Source: an uncultured virus (IMG/VR IMGVR_UViG_3300037067_011375) (taxonomy: Duplodnaviria > Heunggongvirae > Uroviricota > Caudoviricetes). From it: a stretch of 20,000 nt of DNA. The stretch lies in the IMG/VR virus record IMGVR_UViG_3300037067_011375, positions 112,408 through 132,407 of that record. One strand, written 5' to 3'. The notes below the pieces were generated by a model. The model saw only the letters and a list, made by a program, of their open reading frames with translations, did no database searches and was not told where the DNA came from. The position numbers and the translations under genes were made by a program. This document shows, piece by piece, positions 7,453 through 15,281 of the stretch. Position 1 is the first letter of the stretch, and every line of letters begins with the position of its first letter.

Positions 7453-10431
7453 ATGCCAACTTCCCGTCTAACTCCCGGTCGTCCCGCCATCTGCCAAGCC
7501 TGCCCGCTCCAAGAATCAGCGGGGCTCACTCGTCACTGCTGTTCCGTCCAGCAGGGTCGTGACACCTCCCTGATGATCATCGGGGACCACCCGGTTGACC
7601 TACAGCCCCATGGGGCTGAGCCCTTCACTGACCCAGCGGGTCAGATGCTCCAGCGGGTCATGGGGCAGGTGACCCAAGGGAACAGTGGCGTCGCCTACGG
7701 GTACTGTGTGCGGTGCCGCCCGATGGACCGGGGCAAGCCTGACAAAACCCGCCCGGCCACCGCCACGGAGGCCAACCACTGCCGGGTCAACGTCGCGAAA
7801 GACCTGGCCCTGCTGAAGCCCAAACAAGTGGTGTTGCTGGGCCTCGGGGCTGCAAAACTCCTGGCTCAACTGCCCGATGGTTCGGCCGTGTCGGCCAAGG
7901 TTCAGTTGGGCGACCTGCGGGGCCGCGACCTCCACTGCACCGCCCACGACGGCACCAAGATCCCCGTGATCGTCACGTACGACCCGGAGTTCATCCAGCG
8001 GAACCCCACGGTCGCGGCGACGTGGCGCGACGATTTCCTGCGGGCCTGGCTTCGGGGGTCCGGTCGGCTCCCAGACGATTCCCGTGACGGCAAAGTCTAC
8101 ACCCTCGACACCATTGAGAAGGTTAGGAAGTTTGCCCGGCGGGTCGCGAAACTAAAGCGTGGCGATATTTTGGTCCTGGACTACGAGACCGAGGGACTCG
8201 GCCGCGTGGAAAACAAGATCCTGACCGCTGGTTTTGCATTTGACCCGGACCACGCCTATGTGATCCCGATGCAGCACCAGGAAGCCCCGTGGTCAGGGCC
8301 CGAATACCGAGAAATCGTGGGCTTGATCAAGCAGATCCTGACCAAGCCGGCTCCCTACTGGATCGGGGGCCACAACCTCAAGTTCGAGTTGCAGGTAACC
8401 CGTGGGCAACTGGGTTTTGAGATCGACCTACCCTGCTGCGACACCATGTTGAGGGCCCATGCACTCAATCCCGACTACGGTCGGGTGGATAAAAAGTCTC
8501 AGGGCCACGACGACGATGCTGTTGACCAGATTGTAGACACCACCGGGGACATTCAGGTCGGGGGTTTCGGGCTCAAGAGCCAGTCCAAGGAATGCCTGAA
8601 CTTTCACCACTATGAAGACGAAGATGTGGCCGCTACGGTCGGGCGCCGCAACGAAGCGAAGTTGGCGTTACTGCCGCTCGACAAGGTTATCCGGTACAAC
8701 GGGATTGATGGCTTCGTGACCTTCCGGCTGAACCACTACCAAGACGTCATGGCCGAGGCCATGGGGTACCGAAAAAAGTTGACTCGGTTGTGCCGTGGCA
8801 TGCACACCAAGGTCTTGGCCGTCCTGGTAGAAATGGAAACCAACGGGATCCGGGTGGACAAAGAATACCTCCGGATGTTGCTCCACGACGATTCCATCGT
8901 GCAGACCCGAATGCAGGAGATTTCCCAGGAGTTTTGTGCCCTGCCCTCGGTCCAGGAGGCCAATCGACGCCTCCTGGCCGACAGGTATGGTGGCCAGGCT
9001 GGCCTGTGGGGCCAAGGGGCTGGTGAATCCTGGGTGTTCTCGATGCGGCAAGCTCTGTCCAAGAAAATTTTGCTGATTGACGTCCTGGAGTTGGAGCCCC
9101 TAAAGCACACGGCCGCCGGGGCGGTGTCAATCGACAAAAAATTCCTGGAGAACTACGCCGGGGTCCCGGAAGTAGACCTTCTGGCCGAGTGGACCGCACT
9201 CGCAACGATCAAGTCCAGGTATCTCGTCGGGACCAACAAGGTCATGCTGGCAGACCCGGACATGCGGGATGGGCGAGCCAGGGCGCAGTTCCGGCCAGCC
9301 GGCACCATCACGGGGCGGATTTCGGCCGCCGGGATCAACGTCCTGAACGTGCCGAAAAAGGCCGAGGACGGGTCTAAGAAGGCGTCGGCCTCACTGATCA
9401 AGCGGATGTACATCTGCGATCCTGGTCATGTGATGGTCTGCGGTGACTACTCGCAAGCTGAGGTCCGGTGGCTCGCGGCCCTGACGCAAGACCCCGATAT
9501 GCTCAAGGCGTTCGGGGCTGCGTGGGATATGCGGGCCTTGTGTCTCAAGGACCCATCCCCTGAAAATCTCAAGCGGCTGGACGCCGAGGGTGACTTCCAC
9601 AAGCAAACCGCCTCGATGGTGTTCGACGTCCCGATCTCCAAGGTTACGAAGGAGCAGCGAGGCCAGTCGAAAGGCGTGGTCTTTGGCCAAATTTATGGTC
9701 AAGGATTACCGGCACTTGCAGCGATCCTGAAGAAAACCAAGGCCCAGACCGAGGAGTTCATCACGAGGTTCTTCGCGCGCTTCCCCGTGGCCAAAGACGC
9801 CTTGGCCCAGATGGCCCAGGACGGGTTTGAAAATGGGTTTGCCGAGTCCCCGACGGGCCGGCGCAAACAATTCGTCACCAAGATGATCGCGGGGGACGCC
9901 CAGGCTCTACAGTATTGTTCTGGTAAACTACGGTCGCTCCGGGGCCGTGAGGAGCGGGTGGCCCGCAACATGCCGATCCAGGGGATTTCCTCCGACATGA
10001 ACCTGACGGCCTGCTACCGGATCATCCAGTATTACCGACGACACAATCTTCCGTGGCGCCTGATCAACTCGGTCTACGACTCCATCATGCTGGAAGTACC
10101 GCGTCAAGATGCCGAGCACTGCGTCGAGGTGGTGCAGTCCATTATGGAACGGGAAGATTTGCTCGCGGGATTTGGGATTGACCCAGGACTCAGGTTCCTG
10201 GCGGAAATGTCCGTCGGGACCCACTGGGGCAACCAGGTGGACATCACGGCAGGCGAGCAGCAGTGGAAGGTGGGGTGCAGGTCCTGCAAAAAGTCCCGCG
10301 AGGAGAAAAAGAAGCCGACCAACCATCGGTGCGAATCATGTGGGTCCACCGACGTATACCTCGAGTTGATCAAGGGGCCACATGATTTGGCGTTTAAGTG
10401 GCTGGATCGCCAACTCAGGGGCAAGGCGTGA
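7453..10431 (+). CDS. polA: Family A DNA polymerase, SPO1-type: N-terminal family-4 UDG-like domain, 3'-5' exonuclease, polymerase domain and C-terminal Zn ribbon
   Basis: UDG-like CQACPL...PFTDPAGQML...VRCRP...EANHC...VVLLG; ExoI LDYETEG; ExoII GHNLKFE; ExoIII YNGID; TGRIS; motif A DYSQAEVR; motif B RGQSKGVVFGQIYG; NMPIQG; motif C VYDS; CRSC...CESC. Confidence 0.95.
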   Translation: MPTSRLTPGRPAICQACPLQESAGLTRHCCSVQQGRDTSLMIIGDHPVDLQPHGAEPFTDPAGQMLQRVMGQVTQGNSGVAYGYCVRCRPMDRGKPDKTRPATATEANHCRVNVAKDLALLKPKQVVLLGLGAAKLLAQLPDGSAVSAKVQLGDLRGRDLHCTAHDGTKIPVIVTYDPEFIQRNPTVAATWRDDFLRAWLRGSGRLPDDSRDGKVYTLDTIEKVRKFARRVAKLKRGDILVLDYETEGLGRVENKILTAGFAFDPDHAYVIPMQHQEAPWSGPEYREIVGLIKQILTKPAPYWIGGHNLKFELQVTRGQLGFEIDLPCCDTMLRAHALNPDYGRVDKKSQGHDDDAVDQIVDTTGDIQVGGFGLKSQSKECLNFHHYEDEDVAATVGRRNEAKLALLPLDKVIRYNGIDGFVTFRLNHYQDVMAEAMGYRKKLTRLCRGMHTKVLAVLVEMETNGIRVDKEYLRMLLHDDSIVQTRMQEISQEFCALPSVQEANRRLLADRYGGQAGLWGQGAGESWVFSMRQALSKKILLIDVLELEPLKHTAAGAVSIDKKFLENYAGVPEVDLLAEWTALATIKSRYLVGTNKVMLADPDMRDGRARAQFRPAGTITGRISAAGINVLNVPKKAEDGSKKASASLIKRMYICDPGHVMVCGDYSQAEVRWLAALTQDPDMLKAFGAAWDMRALCLKDPSPENLKRLDAEGDFHKQTASMVFDVPISKVTKEQRGQSKGVVFGQIYGQGLPALAAILKKTKAQTEEFITRFFARFPVAKDALAQMAQDGFENGFAESPTGRRKQFVTKMIAGDAQALQYCSGKLRSLRGREERVARNMPIQGISSDMNLTACYRIIQYYRRHNLPWRLINSVYDSIMLEVPRQDAEHCVEVVQSIMEREDLLAGFGIDPGLRFLAEMSVGTHWGNQVDITAGEQQWKVGCRSCKKSREEKKKPTNHRCESCGSTDVYLELIKGPHDLAFKWLDRQLRGKA

Positions 10432-10649
10432 TCGAGTTACCGGTCAAGGTAGTGGACTGTGCTGTCTGCCATGCCGTGGATCAACTTATCTTGACCTTCG
10501 AGGCCACTGGGTTCGGAGCACTTTATCGTGTGGTGTGCCCAGGATGTGGCTACTCGGCCCCGCCGAACAAAACCGAAGAAAAAGCCGTGGCCCGGTGGAA
10601 CTCGTGCCAGTCCAGCCGCGGTAGGGTAAAACGAAATAAAGAAAAATGA
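10428..10649 (+). CDS. Lar (restriction alleviation)-like zinc-ribbon protein
   Basis: GTGA overlap with the polymerase stop. CAVC...VVCPGCG......TEEKAVARWN matches the Lar pattern CxxC...CxxCG...T.EEA...WN. Confidence 0.65.
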   Translation: MIELPVKVVDCAVCHAVDQLILTFEATGFGALYRVVCPGCGYSAPPNKTEEKAVARWNSCQSSRGRVKRNKEK

Positions 10650-10650
10650 C

Positions 10651-11883
10651 ATGGTTCATCACACCGCAGTTAATGCAGCAGTACCGTCTGGCTTGCGAGA
10701 AATCGCCTTGTTTGCCGGAGCAGGTGGAGGAATCCTCGGCGGACATCTCCTCGGGTGGAAAACAGTCTGCGCCGTCGAAATCACGCCGTACGCCCGGGAA
10801 GTCTTGTTCGCCCGACAGGCCGACGGAACTCTTGAACCCTTCCCCGTCTGGGACGACATCCGTACTTTTGACGGACGCGCTTGGCGAGGCTATTGTGACG
10901 TGGTTTCGGGAGGATTTCCTTGCCAGGATGTCAGCTCGGCCGGAAAAGGTGCCGGTATTGACGGCGAAAGATCAGGACTCTGGGGCGAGATGGCGCGGGT
11001 CATCGGTGAGGTGCAACCCCGATGGGTCTGGGTGGAAAATAGCCCATTGCTGGTTTCCAGAGGACTTGTCAGAGTCGTCCGTGACCTTACCACGCTGGGT
11101 ATAGTTGTGCGTGGGGACGTGTGGGAGCCTGGCAAGTCAGTGCCCCGCATCGTCGAGATCGATTCTGGCTCATCGGAAATCGTGAGTGCCCAGAGTAATG
11201 TCAGGGTTCCTTGGCCAACCCCCATGGTCACGGATGCTAAAAACAAAGGTGGAAAAGGGCAACTACGCCGTAAGTATCCACCGCTCAATGCCGTCGTCGG
11301 GATTGAGCGGTCCAGCAAGGCTACCGAGGCGTTGGCCTGGCCAACGCCTCAGTCCCGAGACTACAAAGGGGCACCAGGAAAGGGCTGTGTTGAGCGTGGC
11401 GGACACCAGTCAAGTTTACCAATGAAGATTGGGCAAGTCACCGAGGCGTTGGCCTGGCCAACGCCTCGGTCCTGTACCGCCACGGCCGCCACCATCACGG
11501 AGCAGGCACAACAATGTGCTGCTGACCGTTTCCCTAATCTGGAAACCGTGATGGTCCAGCGGGAACATGGGGCAGTCGGGGGTGCCTTGAATCCAGCATG
11601 GGTGGAGTGGCTCATGAACTGGCCCGTGGGTTGGACCAACCTGAAACCTATCCGGGGATTTAACCGCTGGCGTCGCAAAACCATGGAATCCTCCTGGTGG
11701 GCCCGAGATCCAGCCGACGAACCCGATACCAAGGTGCCGCGCATATCCGTGGGGAAACTGCACCGAGTTGACCGACTCAAGGCCATCGGGAACGGTCAAG
11801 TGCCCCTCTGCTGTGCCTTGGCATTCCTGACGCTCCAGCGGGAGTTACTGACATTTTTGAAAAATCACCCTTCCGGTCGGTAA
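10651..11883 (+). CDS. DNA (cytosine-5) methyltransferase of the WPTP-repeat phage type; internal frame anomaly places motif VIII in the -1 frame
   Basis: Motif I LFAGAGG, IV GGFPCQD, VI ENSP, IX-like LNPAWVEWLMNWPVGWT, X RLKAIGNGQVP. Motif VIII PHRRDRFW is only in the -1 frame (11100-11198). Confidence 0.85.
   Translation: MVHHTAVNAAVPSGLREIALFAGAGGGILGGHLLGWKTVCAVEITPYAREVLFARQADGTLEPFPVWDDIRTFDGRAWRGYCDVVSGGFPCQDVSSAGKGAGIDGERSGLWGEMARVIGEVQPRWVWVENSPLLVSRGLVRVVRDLTTLGIVVRGDVWEPGKSVPRIVEIDSGSSEIVSAQSNVRVPWPTPMVTDAKNKGGKGQLRRKYPPLNAVVGIERSSKATEALAWPTPQSRDYKGAPGKGCVERGGHQSSLPMKIGQVTEALAWPTPRSCTATAATITEQAQQCAADRFPNLETVMVQREHGAVGGALNPAWVEWLMNWPVGWTNLKPIRGFNRWRRKTMESSWWARDPADEPDTKVPRISVGKLHRVDRLKAIGNGQVPLCCALAFLTLQRELLTFLKNHPSGR
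11323..11472. repeat. Direct repeat of a palindromic unit, two copies 117 nt apart
   Basis: ACCGAGGCGTTGGCCTGGCCAACGCCTC is identical at 11323-11350 and 11440-11467. The second copy extends to a perfect 15-1-15 palindrome (11440-11470). Confidence 0.9.
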
Positions 11884-11886
11884 AAT
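11857..11886 (+). promoter_or_regulatory. Putative promoter TTGAAA-N18-TAAAAT
   Basis: -35-like at 11857-11862, -10-like at 11881-11886, and an AAGGA SD-like element before ATG 11914. Confidence 0.5.
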
Positions 11887-11913
11887 ACCCCCAACTTCCC
11901 TCAAAGGACTTCC

Positions 11914-13482
11914 ATGCCTGACCAAAAATGTACCCCTTTTGATGAACAATGGCTTCGGCTCCAACCCTGGCAGGTTTCATTCCTGCTGGCTCCCTGTCGG
12001 TGTAAAGCCCCGGTCAAGATGGTGTGGACCTTGCCCGGAGATTTCCCGGCCATTATCTGCACCACCTGTAACTACGGGATTGTCGGCGACACCGTCGAAC
12101 AGGTGGTGCTGCGGCACAACCATGAGCGTGCCGTTGTCTCCGACGTCAAGTCCTCGCATTTCCCCACTGCTGACCTACAACTCCATTACGCCGTGGACCT
12201 CTTGGTCGCGCTGTTGCCCTGTCGAGAAGTCCAGGACGGCATCGATGCCCTGGTCCACCAGGGAAAACTCCCGGCCGACAAACCCTACTGTGTCCATCGG
12301 GCTGGCCCGGCCCATTGTGCTGGGTTGGAAAAAGACTTCGCTGAGTTGAGCGGCACCCTGGCCAACCTGGTCTTGAAGGATGCCAAAGCCGGTAGCATTC
12401 TGAAATCCGGCCAGACCGTGGAGCAGGCCAAAGCACTGGACGACGCAAGTCATAAATACTGGTCTGAGATCAACGAACGGGCCAAAAAGAACGTTCAAGA
12501 GCATCCCGACACCGTAGACTTGGATAATGCGCGGGGGAAAAAAGCCGCCCAAGCCAAACTGGCCAAGATGTCCCGTGAACAGATCTTGGTCGGGATGTCG
12601 CTCAAGGATTTTTATTCCACTGAATGTGGTGCAATCCCGAAAGTCAGCGAGGCCGAATGGAGAGTCCTCATCCAGGACCGTTTGAAGCAACTGGACGAGC
12701 TGGACCGCCGCGTTGCCGAGAAAAAGGCCAAGATGGCCACACCGTCGGGCCTCAAGACCGCCACGGTGAAAAAGCCGACCAAGACGACGGTCAAGAAGGG
12801 CGTGGTGCCGGCACCACCGGCCCGTAAATCCATCCAGGCCAGGGTGCCGTGCATCGCCGACGAGAACGAGAAAATCCAGGCCATGCACCTGCCGCCCAAG
12901 GGGTCGATAATCTTGGTGCTCGGTAGCGACGAGGCAGTTGCCGCCCAGCAGGCTGCCCAGAAGACCAAGGTTCTTGCCGAGCAAGACAAGGCCAAGGAGC
13001 AGGACGACCATGATCCCAAGGCTACCGAGGCACTCCAGACCAAGCTCCGGTCAATCGCGAAGGTTGCACTGCAGCGAAGCGGTAACATCCTGGTCAAGTC
13101 CCAGACCCAAGTGATCCGGGTGCTGTATCGTGAACAGGGTAACCTGTACGAAATCTCAAGCATCCTGGGGAATCCCCACGGATTCGTGGTGCAGCGGGTC
13201 GTGTATGTGGCGGGGGTTTCAAATGTCCCCACTAAACTGCCCGGCCAAGACATGGAAGCGGTCCTGGGGATCGCGACCCCCGGGCCCAACAACGAGATGA
13301 ACAACACCGTCTGGTATGACCGGATTGACCTACGGCCCCGCGACGGTACCGTCGCGGCAGGACCGTCGCTGCATCTTTGCTGTCACAATGTTGAAGCCCA
13401 GGTTTCCGCTGGCCCCACGTTAGCCTCTATCGTTGACACCACCAAGCCGGCTGAGCCGGAGAAAGACCAGTCCAATGCGTAG
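11914..13482 (+). CDS. Hypothetical multidomain protein (522 aa): N-terminal Lar-like Zn ribbon, helical Lys-rich middle, unknown C-terminal domain
   Basis: Long ORF with genome-typical codon usage. LAPCRC...IICTTC......TVEQVVLRHN and a K/T-rich linker (KTATVKKPTKTTVKKG). Confidence 0.7.
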   Translation: MPDQKCTPFDEQWLRLQPWQVSFLLAPCRCKAPVKMVWTLPGDFPAIICTTCNYGIVGDTVEQVVLRHNHERAVVSDVKSSHFPTADLQLHYAVDLLVALLPCREVQDGIDALVHQGKLPADKPYCVHRAGPAHCAGLEKDFAELSGTLANLVLKDAKAGSILKSGQTVEQAKALDDASHKYWSEINERAKKNVQEHPDTVDLDNARGKKAAQAKLAKMSREQILVGMSLKDFYSTECGAIPKVSEAEWRVLIQDRLKQLDELDRRVAEKKAKMATPSGLKTATVKKPTKTTVKKGVVPAPPARKSIQARVPCIADENEKIQAMHLPPKGSIILVLGSDEAVAAQQAAQKTKVLAEQDKAKEQDDHDPKATEALQTKLRSIAKVALQRSGNILVKSQTQVIRVLYREQGNLYEISSILGNPHGFVVQRVVYVAGVSNVPTKLPGQDMEAVLGIATPGPNNEMNNTVWYDRIDLRPRDGTVAAGPSLHLCCHNVEAQVSAGPTLASIVDTTKPAEPEKDQSNA

Positions 13483-13930
13483 TTTCATTATCGTCAGTGC
13501 TCTGTTGCTCGCGAGTTGCATGGATCCCTATACGACGGCCCGCCAGACCATCCTGGTGGCCAAGAATGTCGTGACCGTCGCGGACGCGGGATTCCAGACC
13601 TTCTGGGACGCCAAGCAGGCCGAGTGCCTCAAGCAGTTCCCGGCCCAGGACCCCCAGTATGCTGCGTGCGTCAAGCAGGTCAAGGACGTGATGGCAACCT
13701 GGACGATCTCCAAACGAATCGCCGATGCCTCGTGGGCCGAGGCCGAGGCCATCATCACGGCGGCCGAGCAGAAGCACCAGGGTCTGCCGGTTGACTGGAT
13801 GACTCCGGCGACTCGAGGGATCTGTGTCGTGGCCCAGGCGTTGGAGTTCCTGCCAGCGTCGGTCAAGCAGCACATCCAAGGGATCCTCGCGCTGGTCAAG
13901 CACTACACCTGTGCACCCGCCGCCAAGTAG
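13475..13930 (+). CDS. Predicted lipoprotein (151 aa)
   Basis: Start reassigned to ATG 13475: MRSFIIVSALLLAS-C, a basic N-terminus, hydrophobic core and lipobox LASC. Confidence 0.75.
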   Translation: MRSFIIVSALLLASCMDPYTTARQTILVAKNVVTVADAGFQTFWDAKQAECLKQFPAQDPQYAACVKQVKDVMATWTISKRIADASWAEAEAIITAAEQKHQGLPVDWMTPATRGICVVAQALEFLPASVKQHIQGILALVKHYTCAPAAK

Positions 13931-13933
13931 TTC

Positions 13934-13962
13934 TTGCTCCCATACCATTCTGGTGCTACCCT
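13934..13962 (+). promoter_or_regulatory. Putative promoter TTGCTC-N17-TACCCT with extended -10 TG
   Basis: Lies in the 50-nt intergenic gap. TG at 13954-13955, TAnnnT at 13957-13962, GGAGG at 13971-13975 before GTG 13981. Confidence 0.5.
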
Positions 13963-13980
13963 ACTTGTCCGGAGGTCGTC

Positions 13981-14427
13981 GTGCCTGACAAACCCGTACC
14001 GGACAAAGAATCCCATCCGTTCAATCTCATCGGTCACTTCAGGTCAGAAATGTACCGGCAATACCGAGCGTTGCTCAACGCCAGCACTTGGCTCCCGATG
14101 GACCAGTTGGAACCGAATAGACTCTACTGGGTCTATGCCCGTAACGCCTACCAGGGCATCTGGAGTCCCCAGGATCGCGGGTTTTGCATCTTGCGGGAAA
14201 AGTTTGGTTCCCGATACCTTTTCACCGAATACCACTGGGACACCGGCAAGCCCTTCGGGACGGTCAAACCGTTTGGCCTTGTTGATGGCGAGGGGCCATT
14301 TGACCTGCAGGACCCTGACGGCACTTTCGCCCGACTTGACCTACTGGACCGTCTCCACGACGAGCCAGAGAAAATCGGGTTGGTCACGATGGCCCTTGAT
14401 ACCCTGCTCGGTAAAATCTGCCCGTAA
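13981..14427 (+). CDS. Hypothetical protein (148 aa)
   Basis: GGAGG SD 5 nt upstream of the GTG start. Aromatic-rich globular-looking sequence (LFTEYHWDTGKPFGTVKP). Confidence 0.75.
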   Translation: MPDKPVPDKESHPFNLIGHFRSEMYRQYRALLNASTWLPMDQLEPNRLYWVYARNAYQGIWSPQDRGFCILREKFGSRYLFTEYHWDTGKPFGTVKPFGLVDGEGPFDLQDPDGTFARLDLLDRLHDEPEKIGLVTMALDTLLGKICP

Positions 14428-14450
14428 TCCCAACCATTAAGCTAGATTTA

Positions 14451-15281
14451 ATGGTTCCGCACCCCGAGGTCCAGATGGCCAAAAAGCGAAACGACGAAGA
14501 ACAATGGCGTGATGTCCCTGGATACGAGGGTCTGTACCAAGTTTCTTCGTGGGGCAAAGTCAAAAGTCTAAGCCGCCAAACCCGGAATGGCCCAGGTGAC
14601 AACCACTGGATGTGGTCCAAAGACCGGATTTTGGCTGCACCAATAGATGCTCGCGGATATCGCTATGTAGGACTACCGCGTTTTGCTGCTGACGGACAGG
14701 CCACCTGCACGTATAAAAATCATCGCGTGCACTTACTTGTCCTGGCAGCATTCGTGGGGCCCTTACCCCAGGACCAGATGGGCCGGCATTTAGACAACAA
14801 TAAACTAAACAACAGATTAGACAATCTTGCCTATGGAACCCACCAAGACAACATGAACGACAAGTTCGTTCATGGCACTAATCCAGCAGGTTCAAAAAAT
14901 CCTGGGAGTAAACTAAGCGAAGACGATGTATTGGCGATACGAAATGCTTTTGTTCGTGGTGCCACCCAAACCAGTCTAGCGCTAGAATACCACGTGAGCG
15001 TCGGTAGCGTGTGCAATATCGTGCATGGCAAGTCATGGCAGCATGTCACGATGCCACCTAAGCTGCTGCGGTACTTAGAACAGCACCCTGTTTCAGCAAG
15101 CTACCGTCACCGCGGTGACAGACGAGTCATGACTGAAGCGCAGGTCGTAGAGATACGACAATGGTATGATCGGCATAAAAAGTCCGTCGCGAGCACCGCG
15201 CGGCACTTTAGCCTTCCGTATGGCAGCGTAAGAGGCATCATTACTGGTCGTACCTGGCGATCCTTGCTGGAGCAAAAATAA
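14451..15281 (+). mobile_element. Free-standing NUMOD4-HNH homing endonuclease with two C-terminal HTH-like repeats (alternative start ATG 14475)
   Basis: NUMOD4 EQWRDVPGYEGLYQVSSWGKVKS; HNH VHLLVLAAFVG...RHLDNNKLNNRLDNL..GTHQDN; repeats KLSEDDVLAIR...IVHGKSW and MTEAQVVEIR...IITGRTW. Visibly more AT-rich than the flanks. Confidence 0.9.

Noticed and set aside
7453..10431. Intein or intron in the polymerase; DpoZ (Z-genome) assignment
   Set aside because: The motifs are collinear with no splice-junction signatures, apart from a short acidic loop in the exonuclease domain. No purZ or datZ gene is in the window to support DpoZ.
11198..11425. ORF starting at the TAATG overlap after the -1-frame stop (MSGFLGQPPW...)
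   Set aside because: It is in a third frame with no MTase motifs. The conserved WPTP/IX/X sequence is in the original frame, so joining them would need an additional indel.
11323..11472. Palindromic direct repeats as a mini-CRISPR array
   Set aside because: There are only two copies, the spacer of about 86 nt is too long, they are in frame within a protein repeat, and no cas genes are present.
14451..15281. HNH gene as part of a group I intron
   Set aside because: It lies between two complete ORFs with almost no flanking non-coding sequence, so it is free-standing.
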